This document shows, piece by piece, positions 37,987-48,261 of a stretch of DNA of 64,000 bases (the stretch's first letter is position 1; the number at the start of each line of letters is the position of its first letter). The stretch lies in the IMG/VR virus record IMGVR_UViG_2740892201_000001, positions 24,422 to 88,421 of that record. One strand, given 5' to 3'. The notes beneath the pieces are model-generated. The model was not told where the DNA came from and did no database searches. It saw only the letters and a program-made list of their open reading frames with translations. Both the position numbers and the translations under genes were made by a program. Origin of the DNA: a virus. Its lineage: Duplodnaviria; Caudoviricetes.

Positions 37987-39444
37987 ATGGAAGTGATGAT
38001 TGATGGCATTCGCTATGCGCCGATAACTGAACGGCCATCGAATATCGGTATCGCCATCAGCACCCATAATCGCCATGACGTCATTTCCCGCTCACTGGAT
38101 CACCAACTAAAGTTTCTGCCAGCCGGTGCGCTGGTGGTCGTTATTGATGATGGTTCAGCAATACCAGTGACAGCGCCTGAAGGTGTAAAGGTCATTCGGC
38201 ATGACGCATCTCGCGGCATTGTGGCCGCTAAGAACGCGAGCCTTGAGGCGCTGATTGATTCCGGTTGTGAGCATCTCTTTCTGTGGGACGATGATGCCTG
38301 GCCGATTGCTGGTGGCTGGGAGCGCCCCTACATCGAATCACCTGAGCCGCATCTGGCTTACCAGTTTCAGGACTTTGCCACAGGTCAGAAACTGAATGAT
38401 ATTGCGGTGCTTTATCGTGATGACCGGCATGTAGCCTATACCGGCCAGCGCGGCGTGATGCTCTATTACCACCGCAGCGCGATAGAGAAGGTTGGCGGGT
38501 TCGATTCCATCTATCAGCGCGGCATGTACGAGCACTCAGATTTAGCGCTGCGCATCCACAATGCCGGGTTAACGAGCTGGGCGTTCGCTGATGTGACTGG
38601 TTCAGGCAAGCTGATTTATTCGCTTGATGAACATCAGGCTGTAGAACGTTCAGTACCAAAGCCTGACCGTGAAGCGCAGGTGAAGCGCAACGTCACGATT
38701 CACAATGAGCGCAGGAACAGCGGTTACACCGGTTACGCAGACTACCGGCAGCAGCGCAACGTGGTAATTACCACACTGCTGACCAGCCAGCCGGACCCGC
38801 AGCGCGGCACCAGAATCACGCCATCGCCTGACCTGCTGGCTGAATGGGCGGCATCGGTAAAAGGTGGTGACGCTGTGGTGCTGGCCGATGAGCTGACTAC
38901 TGCACCTGCAGGCGCATCGCTGGTAGCCGTCCCTGATGTGAAGATGAACGTCTACTTCAGGCGCTGGCTGCATATCTGGCAGCACCTGCGCGATCATCCT
39001 GAATATCATTACGTCTGGTGTACCGATGTTACTGACGTTGAGATGCTGCGTGAACCGTGGCAAGGGATGGAGCAGGGCAAAATTTACGCTGGTTCCGAAC
39101 CTAAAACCTACGCAGACGCATGGGCGAAGCAGCAGCATCCTGAAGGTGTCTATCAGGCATTTCTCTCTGAACACCAGAATGAAGTGATGCTGAATGCAGG
39201 CCTTCTCGGTGGCAGTCGTGCAGACGTAATGGCAATAGCGCACGGTATTATCCGGCTGTATTACCACCTCGAATCGCTGCGCTTCTGGAGTCAGGAAGTA
39301 AGTGCAGCGGCTGTTGGCGACATGATTGCCTTTGGCATAGTGGCTCATCGCTACAGCGACAGGCTGGTGACCGGCCCATATGTGCACACAGTATTTAAGT
39401 CAGAAGGCATCGGTAAGGAGTTCGCCTGGTGGAAGCACAAATAA
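37987..39444 (+). CDS. GT2-family glycosyltransferase with a second GT-A-like domain
   Basis: IAISTHNR..VVIDDGS..G...AKN..LFLWDDD; second domain with W.TDVTDV and LNAGLLGG. Confidence 0.85.
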   Translation: MEVMIDGIRYAPITERPSNIGIAISTHNRHDVISRSLDHQLKFLPAGALVVVIDDGSAIPVTAPEGVKVIRHDASRGIVAAKNASLEALIDSGCEHLFLWDDDAWPIAGGWERPYIESPEPHLAYQFQDFATGQKLNDIAVLYRDDRHVAYTGQRGVMLYYHRSAIEKVGGFDSIYQRGMYEHSDLALRIHNAGLTSWAFADVTGSGKLIYSLDEHQAVERSVPKPDREAQVKRNVTIHNERRNSGYTGYADYRQQRNVVITTLLTSQPDPQRGTRITPSPDLLAEWAASVKGGDAVVLADELTTAPAGASLVAVPDVKMNVYFRRWLHIWQHLRDHPEYHYVWCTDVTDVEMLREPWQGMEQGKIYAGSEPKTYADAWAKQQHPEGVYQAFLSEHQNEVMLNAGLLGGSRADVMAIAHGIIRLYYHLESLRFWSQEVSAAAVGDMIAFGIVAHRYSDRLVTGPYVHTVFKSEGIGKEFAWWKHK

Positions 39445-40043
39445 GTTTTGTGGTTGTGGGCCATCACTCACGCAGGCATCAGGCAGAACGCCTTGCACAG
39501 CTGCTTAACGCTCACCTGCTGATTGATGAGGATCATCATGGCGCGAACTGGAACCATCGCCGCGCCATCGATTGGGCCAGCCAGCAGGATAGCCGGGTAG
39601 TGATACTGGAAGACGACGCACTGCCGGTATCTGGCTTCGCGCAAAAGGTGGCTGAGTGGCTGTCGCGCTTTCCAGACGACCTGCTGAGCTTCTATCTCGG
39701 TACCGGCAGACCGCCGCAGTACCAGCCCGAGATAGCGACAAAGCTTATTGATACAGACCGGCAACAGGCAGATTACATCACACTCAACCGGCTGATTCAT
39801 GGCGTCTGCTACAGCGTCCCTCAGCCAAAACTTAATCAGGTTATCAGCCGCTGGAATCATGGCTCGCCTGCTGATTACGCCGTGGGTGACGCATGTGGTG
39901 GTGCAGTGGTGTACCCATGCTACTCACTGGTTGATCACGCAGACGCGGCGACGGTTGAGCGCCACCCTGACAACACACTACGAACTGAACGCCGCAGGGC
40001 GTGGAGACTGGATGCCGCAACGAATACCCAGAGCGTGCCGTAA
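39429..40043 (+). CDS. GT25-like glycosyltransferase
   Basis: GA..NH.RA...VVILEDDA...SLVDH.D motif. Confidence 0.65.
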   Translation: MEAQISFVVVGHHSRRHQAERLAQLLNAHLLIDEDHHGANWNHRRAIDWASQQDSRVVILEDDALPVSGFAQKVAEWLSRFPDDLLSFYLGTGRPPQYQPEIATKLIDTDRQQADYITLNRLIHGVCYSVPQPKLNQVISRWNHGSPADYAVGDACGGAVVYPCYSLVDHADAATVERHPDNTLRTERRRAWRLDAATNTQSVP

Positions 40044-40362
40044 GCACGGCTGCGCTAAGACCACCACAGACCGCTCTGGCTATTGCGAAGATCACCTCAA
40101 TGAAGGGTGGCAGCAGCATCAGAACGGACTGAGCAGGCACCAGCGCGGCTACGGCAGTGAATGGGATGTGCGGCGAGCTCGTATACTGAAGCGCGACAAA
40201 CATCTGTGCCAGAACTGCAGACGCAATGGCAGGGCGGCAGCAGCAAAGACCGTTGACCATATTAAGCCAAAGGCACATGGAGGTACCGATGAGGATTCAA
40301 ACCTTGAGGCCCTCTGCTGGCCATGCCACAAGAGCAAAACCGCGCGCGAACGTCTCAAATGA
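40012..40362 (+). CDS. HNH endonuclease (terminase-associated)
   Basis: RGYG..W...R..IL.RD..LC..C...VDHI.P...GG.D...NL..LC..CH..KT. Confidence 0.9.
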   Translation: MPQRIPRACRKHGCAKTTTDRSGYCEDHLNEGWQQHQNGLSRHQRGYGSEWDVRRARILKRDKHLCQNCRRNGRAAAAKTVDHIKPKAHGGTDEDSNLEALCWPCHKSKTARERLK

Positions 40363-40474
40363 TAATCAATATCAATAAATTAGTTGCAAATGCAACTATA
40401 TCGATGTGAATGAGAATGGTTATCATCAGGCGGGGAGGGCGGGTCGAAAGTTCAGGGCTTTGCGTCTGTAGGAC

Positions 40475-40484
40475 CGCCGCCAAA
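40475..40484 (+). other. Candidate cos site
   Basis: CGCCGCCAAA between HNH and terS; recalled as resembling HK97/HK022-type cohesive ends, unverified. Confidence 0.45.
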
Positions 40485-40560
40485 CCTTTTTTCACACCGC
40501 CGCAGGTTAGAAAACTTTTTTTGGGGTCCCCCAACCAGTTATTAATAGGAGTTTTCGATT

Positions 40561-41034
40561 ATGCCTGGACCACCGAAAACCCCGACACATCTGGCTTTGG
40601 TGAAGGGGAACCCATCAAAACGGGCAGTAAACAAAAAAGAGCCAAAACCGCCTTCAGGGGTACCCCCAGTTCCGAAGCATCTGGACAAGATGGGGAAGTA
40701 CTGGTTCAAGCGAATCGGCGAAGAACTTGATGCTGTCGGAGTGATGACCACTCTCGACGGTAAAGCGCTTGAGTTGCTGATCGAGGCTTACACCGAGTAC
40801 CGGCAACATTGCGATGTTCTTACTGAAGAGGGCTACACCTATAAAACGGTGTCAGCTACTGGTGAGGATATTGTTAAAGCACATCCGGCAGCAGTGATGA
40901 AGTCCGATGCGTGGAAGCGCATCCGGGCAATGCTCTCTGAATTTGGCATGACCCCGGCCAGCCGTTCCAAGGTTGGCGCATCCGGGCCAGCCGAAGCCGA
41001 TCCTCTGGAAGAGTTTCTTAAAAAGCGCAAATGA
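40561..41034 (+). CDS. Terminase small subunit (P27 family)
   Basis: PT.L....GNPSKR...HPA...EFGMTPASR. Confidence 0.92.
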   Translation: MPGPPKTPTHLALVKGNPSKRAVNKKEPKPPSGVPPVPKHLDKMGKYWFKRIGEELDAVGVMTTLDGKALELLIEAYTEYRQHCDVLTEEGYTYKTVSATGEDIVKAHPAAVMKSDAWKRIRAMLSEFGMTPASRSKVGASGPAEADPLEEFLKKRK

Positions 41035-41037
41035 TGA

Positions 41038-42768
41038 ATGGCAACTGTTCAGGCTGGTATTCAGTACGCAGAAAGCGTGCTGGCTGGCGAGATCGTTGCT
41101 GGCGAACTGGTGCGCCTGGCGTGCCAGAGATTCCTCAATGATTTAGAACACGGGCCGGAACGCGGTATCTACTTCAGTGAGGACCGCGCCCAGCACATTC
41201 TCGACTTCTATAACTTCGTTCCGCATGTGAAAGGTGCTCTGGCGGGCAAGCCGATTGAGCTGATGCCCTGGCACATCTTCATCCTGATAAACCTTTTTGG
41301 ATTCACCATTCCGCTGATTGATGAAATGAGCGGCAAACAGGTTATGGATGATGATGGCGATCCGGTAATGGTTCGCCGGTTCCGTACCGCTTATAACGAA
41401 GTGGCACGTAAAAATGCCAAATCAACAGTTTCGTCGGGTATCGGGCTTTATATGACCGGTGCTGACGGTGAGGGCGGCGCAGAGGTTTACTCAGCGGCCA
41501 CAACCCGCGATCAGGCCCGTATTGTATTTGATGATGCCAAGAACATGATCAAGAAAGCGCCCCGCACCTTAGGGCGTCTCTTTGGTCACGTTAAGCTGAA
41601 CATCCATCAGGAACGCTCAGCATCAAAATTTGAGCCACTGTCCAGTGACGCTAACAACCTCGACGGCCTCAACATCCATTGCGGCATAGTTGATGAGCTC
41701 CACGCTCACCGGACCCGCGATGTCTGGGATGTTCTTGAGACTGCCACGGGTGCGCGACTTCAGTCTCTGTTGTTCGCCATCACTACAGCAGGGTCAAATA
41801 AAGAAGGCATCTGTTTTGAGCAGCGTGATTACGCCATCAAGGTGCTACGCGGCGTGGTCGAGGATGACACTTACTTTGCTGTCATTTACACCCTGGATGA
41901 AGAAGACGATCCCTTTGATGAGGCTAACTGGCCTAAGGCTAACCCCGGTCTCGGTGTCTGCAAGCGCTGGGACGATATGCGCCGCCTGGCGAAAAAGGCA
42001 AAGGAGCAGGTAGCTGCGCGGCCTAACTTCTTCACTAAACATCTGAACATCTGGGTTACAGCTGAAAGTGCCTGGATGGATATGGATCGCTGGTCGAAGA
42101 TGTTGCCAACTGCTGATGAGGCCAAAAGAAAAGGCTGGCCACTTTGGGTAGGTGTTGACCTGGCGAACAAAATCGATATCTGCGCGGCTGTAAAAACATG
42201 GCGTGACCCGACAGGTGAAACGCATATGGAACCCCGGTTCTGGTTGCCTGAGGGACGTATCGAAACGGCGCCTAATCATATTGCCGAGCTTTACCGAAAA
42301 TGGGCGGATGCCGGACACCTTGAGCTGACGGACGGGGATGTAATCGATCATGGGGTTATCAAGGCTGAAATAGTTGAGTGGGTCAAGGGTGAGAATATTA
42401 AAGAAATCGCATTCGACCCATGGAGTGCATTGCAGTTCAGCCTGGCACTGGCTGAAGAAGGTCTGCCGCTGGTTGAGGTCCCCCAGACGGTAAAAAACCT
42501 GTCTGAGTCCATGAAGTCAGTTCAGGCGGAGATATACGGCAACAAGTTCCATCATGACGGAAACCCCGTTATGACCTGGATGATGTCGAACATCACCGTT
42601 AAGCCTGACAAAAACGACAATATCTTTCCGAACAAATCCACGCCGGAAAACAAAATTGACGGGCCGGTTGCATTATTCACAGCTAAAAGCCGACTTCTGG
42701 TCAATGGCGGCGGTGATGTGCAGGACCTGAGCGGCTTCTTTGAAAACCCGATAATGATAGGTTTCTGA
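41038..42768 (+). CDS. Terminase large subunit
   Basis: VARKNAKS Walker A; IVDELH Walker B; ITTAG; GVDLA; KIDG. Confidence 0.95.
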   Translation: MATVQAGIQYAESVLAGEIVAGELVRLACQRFLNDLEHGPERGIYFSEDRAQHILDFYNFVPHVKGALAGKPIELMPWHIFILINLFGFTIPLIDEMSGKQVMDDDGDPVMVRRFRTAYNEVARKNAKSTVSSGIGLYMTGADGEGGAEVYSAATTRDQARIVFDDAKNMIKKAPRTLGRLFGHVKLNIHQERSASKFEPLSSDANNLDGLNIHCGIVDELHAHRTRDVWDVLETATGARLQSLLFAITTAGSNKEGICFEQRDYAIKVLRGVVEDDTYFAVIYTLDEEDDPFDEANWPKANPGLGVCKRWDDMRRLAKKAKEQVAARPNFFTKHLNIWVTAESAWMDMDRWSKMLPTADEAKRKGWPLWVGVDLANKIDICAAVKTWRDPTGETHMEPRFWLPEGRIETAPNHIAELYRKWADAGHLELTDGDVIDHGVIKAEIVEWVKGENIKEIAFDPWSALQFSLALAEEGLPLVEVPQTVKNLSESMKSVQAEIYGNKFHHDGNPVMTWMMSNITVKPDKNDNIFPNKSTPENKIDGPVALFTAKSRLLVNGGGDVQDLSGFFENPIMIGF

Positions 42769-44072
42769 TGAAAAAAAATAAGCAGCCCGGCAAAGTTAAA
42801 AGCGCTTTGCTCAACTGGCTCGGGGTCCCCATTAGCCTGACGACCGGCACGTTCTGGGAGGAATGGTGGGGGAAAAGCAGTAGCGGCAAGACGGTATCTG
42901 CAGACAAGGCGATGCGATTATCAGCCGTCTGGGCATGCACCCGCCTGCTGAGCGAGTCAGTTTCAACACTTCCACTCAAGATTTACCAGCGCCAGCCTGA
43001 TGGATCGCGTGTGCTGGCGCTGGATAATCCGGTTTATCAGGTGCTATGTCGCCGTCCGAATCTTGAAATGACGCCTTCGCGCTTCATGTTGTCGGTGGTG
43101 GCGTCAGTCTGCCTGCGCGGTAACGCCTTTATCGAAAAAAAGATGATCGGCAAAAAGCTGGTGGCTCTGGTGCCGCTTCTTCCGCAGAACATGGTGGTTA
43201 AGCGCATGGATAATGGCAGTCTTCAGTACACATACACGGAAGTTAAGACGAAGCGCGAAATTCCGGTTCAGAACATCATGCACATTCGGGGCTTTGGTCT
43301 GGACGGTGTATGCGGGATGATGCCGATGATGACCGGTCGTGATGTTATCGGCGCGGCAATGTCGGTTGAAGAGTCAGCAGCAAAAATATTTGAAAACGGC
43401 CTGCAGAGCTCAGGCTTTCTTTCCTCCGATGTCGCCATGGACGATAAGCAGCGGGAAAGGCTGCGGGGCTATCTTGAGCGCTTTATTGGCTCGAAAAATG
43501 CCGGAAAGGTAATGGTCCTTGAAGCAGGGATGAAGTATCAGGGCGTAACAATTAACCCTGAGGCTGCTCAGATGCTGGAATCGCGGTCATTCAGTATTGA
43601 GGAAATCTGCCGATGGTTCCGCGTGCCGCCCTTTATGGTTGGACATACCACCAAACAAAGCAGCTGGGCATCAAGCGTTGAGGGGATGAATCTGCTGTTT
43701 CTGACCAACACCCTGCGTCCGCTACTGGTTAATATCGAGCAGGAAATATCACGCTGTCTGCTTGATGGCAGCGACGATGTATTTGCTGAGTTTTCAGTTG
43801 AAGGTCTGCTTCGTGCAGACACCGCAGGCCGATCAGCTTACTACACCACAGCCCTTCAGAACGGGTGGATGTCGCGTAACGATGTGCGCAGGCTGGAAAA
43901 TCTGCCGCCGATTGCGGGTGGTGATATCTATACAGTTCAGCTGAATCTCACACCACTGGATCAGCTCCGTGAGAACAACGCTGGCGCACAGGCCAGTAAC
44001 ATGATGAAGCTCCACGCTTTCCTTTTCCCGGATATTCCACCGGAACATTCACCGCTTAAAAAAGCGGCTTAG
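42768..44072 (+). CDS. HK97-family portal protein
   Basis: SAV.AC...LSE.VS.LP; L.GNA; HIRG; EEICRWFRVPP. Confidence 0.95.
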   Translation: MKKNKQPGKVKSALLNWLGVPISLTTGTFWEEWWGKSSSGKTVSADKAMRLSAVWACTRLLSESVSTLPLKIYQRQPDGSRVLALDNPVYQVLCRRPNLEMTPSRFMLSVVASVCLRGNAFIEKKMIGKKLVALVPLLPQNMVVKRMDNGSLQYTYTEVKTKREIPVQNIMHIRGFGLDGVCGMMPMMTGRDVIGAAMSVEESAAKIFENGLQSSGFLSSDVAMDDKQRERLRGYLERFIGSKNAGKVMVLEAGMKYQGVTINPEAAQMLESRSFSIEEICRWFRVPPFMVGHTTKQSSWASSVEGMNLLFLTNTLRPLLVNIEQEISRCLLDGSDDVFAEFSVEGLLRADTAGRSAYYTTALQNGWMSRNDVRRLENLPPIAGGDIYTVQLNLTPLDQLRENNAGAQASNMMKLHAFLFPDIPPEHSPLKKAA

Positions 44073-44082
44073 GAGACCCCTG

Positions 44083-44931
44083 ATGACCATTAAAACGCTT
44101 CCGGTTGCACCGGAGGGGCGTCCTTTTGCACGTCAGAATACTGAGCTTCCCTCTGCTGCCTTTGAGCGCTGGGACGGCGGAATTCGTGCGGCGGGCCAGT
44201 CTGGTGACAACACGATCTCCATTCTGGACACCATCGGAGGGGACTGGTACGGCGAAGGCGTTACAGCCAGCCGAATTTCCGGCGCACTGAGAAGCATTGG
44301 TGGCGGTGATGTGACGGTGAATATCAACTCGCCTGGCGGTGATATGTGGGAAGGGCTGGCTATTTATAACCTTCTTGTTGCCTATGAAGGCAAAGTGACC
44401 GTCAAAATTCTGGGCATTGCCGCCTCAGCAGCGTCAATTATTGCGATGGCCGGTGATGATATTCAGATGGGGCGCGGGGCGTTCCTGATGATACACAACT
44501 GCTGGACCATTGCCGCAGGTAACCGCAACGACTTCCGCGACTATGCGGATTCGCTGGAGCCGTTTGATAAGGCCATGGCCGATATTTATGCCGCACGCTC
44601 AGGGCTAAAGCTGAGCGAGGTGCAAACCCTTATGGATAACGAATCATTTATCTCCGGCAGCGAGGCTATAGAAAAAGGCTTTGCTGAATCTCTGCTGTCC
44701 GCAGATGAAATCAGCAGCGACGATGAAAGCCCCGCCGCCGCACTGAGAAAAATTGATGCTTTCCTGGCTAAAGGCGGTATGCCCCGTTCCGAGCGCCGGA
44801 AACACCTCAAGGCTTTAGGTGGCAAGCCGGGCGCTGTCACCGAAAAGAACGACAAGCCGGGCGCTGTCGATGAAATAAACCCTGAAGCACTTAACTCCCT
44901 CAAAAACGCGCTGGCTTCGCTCGGCGAATAA
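44083..44931 (+). CDS. ClpP-type prohead protease
   Basis: INSPGGD; G.AASAAS.IAMAGD; MIHN. Confidence 0.92.
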   Translation: MTIKTLPVAPEGRPFARQNTELPSAAFERWDGGIRAAGQSGDNTISILDTIGGDWYGEGVTASRISGALRSIGGGDVTVNINSPGGDMWEGLAIYNLLVAYEGKVTVKILGIAASAASIIAMAGDDIQMGRGAFLMIHNCWTIAAGNRNDFRDYADSLEPFDKAMADIYAARSGLKLSEVQTLMDNESFISGSEAIEKGFAESLLSADEISSDDESPAAALRKIDAFLAKGGMPRSERRKHLKALGGKPGAVTEKNDKPGAVDEINPEALNSLKNALASLGE

Positions 44932-44940
44932 GGAAAACGC

Positions 44941-46152
44941 ATGTCTGATGTAAATGATCTGTTGACGAAAGTCTCCAACAAGCTGGAGAAAGTGTCTGCT
45001 GAGTTCAGCGAGAAAGCTGAAAAGGCGCTGAATGAAGCGAAAAATTCCGGCCAGCTTTCAACCGAAACCAAAGCGGCCGTGGATAAAATCGCAACTGAGC
45101 ATAACGCGCTCAATGAGGCGATGAAGACCCTCAAGACCTCGCTGGGTGATCTGGAGCAGCACGTCGCCGCTCAGATGCCGCTGAATGCTGCGCAGGAAGT
45201 GATCCAGTCTGTGGGACAGCAGTTTGTGTCTGCTGAAGTGATGAAAGATATTCGCTCAAGCCTTGAAGGTAATAAGCGTATTTCGGTACCTGTGAAAGCC
45301 GCGCTGACTACTGTTGATGTGCCGGGTCAGATTGTGGCACCTCAGCGCCTTCCCGGTATTGACACTGCGCCTAAACAGCGCCTGTTTATCCGCGATCTGA
45401 TTGCTCCGGGCCGCACGCAGTCCAACACGATTTACTACGTTCAGCAGACGGGCTTCACCAACAAGGCTTCAGTGGTGCCGGAAAATACCACCAAGCCTTA
45501 TAGCGATATCGAATTCGCCGAGAAGACCACTGCCGTGCGCACTATTGCTCACATGTTCAAGGCTTCAAAGCAGATTCTGGATGACTTTGCTCAGCTGCAG
45601 TCCACCGTAGATGCAGAGATGCGTTACGGTCTTTCCTACGTTGAAGAGCAGGAAATCCTGTTCGGTGACGGCACCGGCGCTCATCTGGCGGGCATCATTC
45701 CTCAGGCTAAGCCATTCAGCGCAGCATTTGCCGTGCAGAATGAGACGGGGATCGACATTTTGCGTCTGGCTATGTTGCAGGCGCAGCTTGCCCGCTTCCC
45801 TGCATCAGGCCATGTGCTGCATTTCACCGACTGGGCGAAAATCGAACTGAGCAAGGATACGCTGGGACGTTACATTCTGGCCAATCCTTCACAACTGACC
45901 ACGCCTACCCTGTGGGGCCTGCCGGTGGTGGCCACTGAAGCTGCTCAGTTCCTGGGTAAATTCCTGACGGGTGCGTTCAATTCCGGTGCGCAGATTTTTG
46001 ACCGCGAAGAAGCAAACGTTGTGGTTTCCAGCGAAAACGCCGACGACTTTGAGAAAAACATGATCTCAATCCGTTGTGAAGAGCGTCTGGCGCTGGCGGT
46101 GTATCGCCCTGAAGCGTTTGTGTATGGCTCTCTGACTGGCTCAGGCAGCTAA
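44941..46152 (+). CDS. Major capsid protein, HK97 fold
   Basis: N-terminal delta domain; IAH....S.Q.LDD..QL; F..N.I.IR.EERLAL.V.RPEAF. Confidence 0.95.
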   Translation: MSDVNDLLTKVSNKLEKVSAEFSEKAEKALNEAKNSGQLSTETKAAVDKIATEHNALNEAMKTLKTSLGDLEQHVAAQMPLNAAQEVIQSVGQQFVSAEVMKDIRSSLEGNKRISVPVKAALTTVDVPGQIVAPQRLPGIDTAPKQRLFIRDLIAPGRTQSNTIYYVQQTGFTNKASVVPENTTKPYSDIEFAEKTTAVRTIAHMFKASKQILDDFAQLQSTVDAEMRYGLSYVEEQEILFGDGTGAHLAGIIPQAKPFSAAFAVQNETGIDILRLAMLQAQLARFPASGHVLHFTDWAKIELSKDTLGRYILANPSQLTTPTLWGLPVVATEAAQFLGKFLTGAFNSGAQIFDREEANVVVSSENADDFEKNMISIRCEERLALAVYRPEAFVYGSLTGSGS

Positions 46153-46197
46153 TCATTAATCCAGCGGCCTTCGGGCCGCTTTCAGTGGTGTCAGCAA

Positions 46198-46529
46198 TGG
46201 CGATGATTGAATTAATTACTGTCAGGGCGCACTGCCGTATCGATGAGGATGATACCAGTGAAGATTCATTACTGAGTATCTATACCGGTGCCGCAAAGCG
46301 TTATGTCGAAACGTGGACCCGAAGAAAGCTGTATGAGACCAATGCCGAACCCGGTTTCGATACTGATGAAGACCGCCTTTTGCTGGATGATGACGTGCGA
46401 ACGGCGATGCTGCTGCTTGTCGGGCACTGGTACTCAAACCGGGAGGCAGTGAACATCGGTAATATTACCAGCGAGGTACCACTGGCGGTTGAGGCTCTGT
46501 TACAGCCATACCGAATTTACGGTTTGTAA
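46198..46529 (+). CDS. Head-tail connector (gp6-like)
   Basis: V..HCRID....D.LL..Y..AA...A.LLLVGHWY.NRE...ALLQPYR. Confidence 0.9.
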
Positions 46530-46538
46530 GGTGGGATC

Positions 46539-46877
46539 ATGCAGGCAGGAAGGCTGCGTCACAAAGTGACGATTCAGAATTTCACATCAACACGTCTGCC
46601 ATCAGGTCAGCCGCAAAACGTCTGGGTTGATGGCATGACGGTGTGGGCTGAAGTTAAAGGCATCAGCAGCCGGGAGCTCATGACCTCAGGCGCAGAAAAA
46701 CCCGAGGCAACAATACGCGTCTGGATTCGCTTCAGAACTGACGTTACAGCTGCTTCCCGGCTGAAGTGCGTTACGGGTCCGTTTAAGGGAATGATTCTGG
46801 ACGTGACCGGGGAGCCCATACCGGACGCTAAGACGACTCAGCTCGAAATTCTCTGTAAACAGGGGGTGAAGACGTGA
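46539..46877 (+). CDS. Head closure / head-tail adaptor
   Basis: MQAGRLRH..TIQ...VWAEV..IS.RE. Confidence 0.9.
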   Translation: MQAGRLRHKVTIQNFTSTRLPSGQPQNVWVDGMTVWAEVKGISSRELMTSGAEKPEATIRVWIRFRTDVTAASRLKCVTGPFKGMILDVTGEPIPDAKTTQLEILCKQGVKT

Positions 46878-47320
46878 TCGACACAAAGCTGGATTTTTCA
46901 GGGCTGCTGGATATTTCCGGCGATCTGGATGCGCTCAGTAAGGCTGAAAATGGCCGGGTACTGCGTAACGCAACCCGTTCAGCCGCTGCCGTGGTCAAAG
47001 ATGAAGCGGTGCGAAGAGCCCCCAGACGTACCGGTAAACTGGCGAAAAACATCGTGGTGCTGACGCAGCGTACGCGCAACGGTGATATTTCTTCAGGCGT
47101 ACACATTCGCGGTCGCAACCCCCGCACGGGTAACAGCGACAATAAGATGAAAACCAAGGACTCCCGTAACGCTTTTTACTGGCGCTTTGTGGAGCTGGGT
47201 ACCTCTGACATGGCCGCTATCCCGTTTATCCGGCCAGCATATGATGCCAGACAGGAGGAAGCGGTTAAGGTCGCGTTTGATACCGCGAACCGGGCCATTG
47301 ATGAGGCGCTGACCAGATGA
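46874..47320 (+). CDS. HK97 gp10-family tail completion protein
   Basis: AP.RTGKL..NI; FYWRFVELGT..M.A.PFIRPA. Confidence 0.9.
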   Translation: MIDTKLDFSGLLDISGDLDALSKAENGRVLRNATRSAAAVVKDEAVRRAPRRTGKLAKNIVVLTQRTRNGDISSGVHIRGRNPRTGNSDNKMKTKDSRNAFYWRFVELGTSDMAAIPFIRPAYDARQEEAVKVAFDTANRAIDEALTR

Positions 47321-47664
47321 CAGAGTCCTCAGTCTTCAGCCTGATTGGCAGTCTGGCCGGGGGGCAGGTATACCCCTATGTTGCACCATTAAATGCACAG
47401 GGTTCGCCATCCATCAGTCCGCCGTGGATCGTATTCATGGTGGTCAGTGAGGTATTCGGCGACACGCTATGTGGACCGGCTGAAGAAACCGGCTCGTTAC
47501 AGGTAGACGTGTACGCATCCTCCCCGGATGAAGCCCGCTCGCTGCGTGAGGAGGTGTCCGCGGCTCTATCGCCACTGAACTTTGCGCAGCTTAATAAAGC
47601 CAACGGTTACGAATCCGAAACCGGCCTTTTCCGTGCGACTCTGGAAATCCAGAGCATGCAGTAA
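47317..47664 (+). CDS. Tail terminator (DUF3168-like)
   Basis: G.VYP.VAP; QVDVYA; YE..TGL.R. Confidence 0.85.
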   Translation: MTESSVFSLIGSLAGGQVYPYVAPLNAQGSPSISPPWIVFMVVSEVFGDTLCGPAEETGSLQVDVYASSPDEARSLREEVSAALSPLNFAQLNKANGYESETGLFRATLEIQSMQ

Positions 47665-47724
47665 TCGCTCGTCTGAACACAATCACAGCCACCTCAGGGT
47701 GGTTTTTTTTCGCCTGGAGAAAAC

Positions 47725-48192
47725 ATGACCAGCAAATATGAGAAAACGCAGGGGATGACGATTGGCGTTTCATCCGCCCCGGTTACTGCGGATGCTTTTA
47801 ACGCCAGCGGCTTTCCGAATGGCATCACGTTCCTTGATGCGGAGTGTGCGACCAAAGAGGTCACCTACACTGGCGGACAGAAAAGCGATATCGACGTGAC
47901 AACGCTTTGCTCTACTGAGCAGGAGCAGACAAACGGCCTTGCCGCGCCCGCTGAAATGGCGCTGACCCGTAACTGGGTAGGCGATGAAGAGGCGCGTCAG
48001 GCGCTGCAGCAGGCTTATGACAATGACGAACTGCGCGTTCTGAAAGTCGTATTCCCGTCCGGCAACGGCTATTACGCGCTGATTGAGGTGCGCCAGAGTT
48101 CATGGTCTGCCGGCACATCAGCGGTGGTTTCGTCTACCTATTCACTGCGCGTCCGGGGCAAGCCGAAGCCGATTGTTGCAGCGGGATCATAA
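47725..48192 (+). CDS. Tail tube (major tail) protein
   Basis: GGQKSDIDVTTLCSTEQE..NGL; V.FPSG.G. Confidence 0.88.
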   Translation: MTSKYEKTQGMTIGVSSAPVTADAFNASGFPNGITFLDAECATKEVTYTGGQKSDIDVTTLCSTEQEQTNGLAAPAEMALTRNWVGDEEARQALQQAYDNDELRVLKVVFPSGNGYYALIEVRQSSWSAGTSAVVSSTYSLRVRGKPKPIVAAGS

Positions 48193-48261
48193 TCCTCAGC
48201 TATTCCCTGAGCCACTTAGTGTGGCTCTTTATTCCCATTACCTGAACGCAGAGAAAATGAA

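Noticed and set aside
39799-40011. Long form of the HNH ORF
   Set aside because: It overlaps the glycosyltransferase. Homology pattern and the GGAG RBS support the ATG at 40012.
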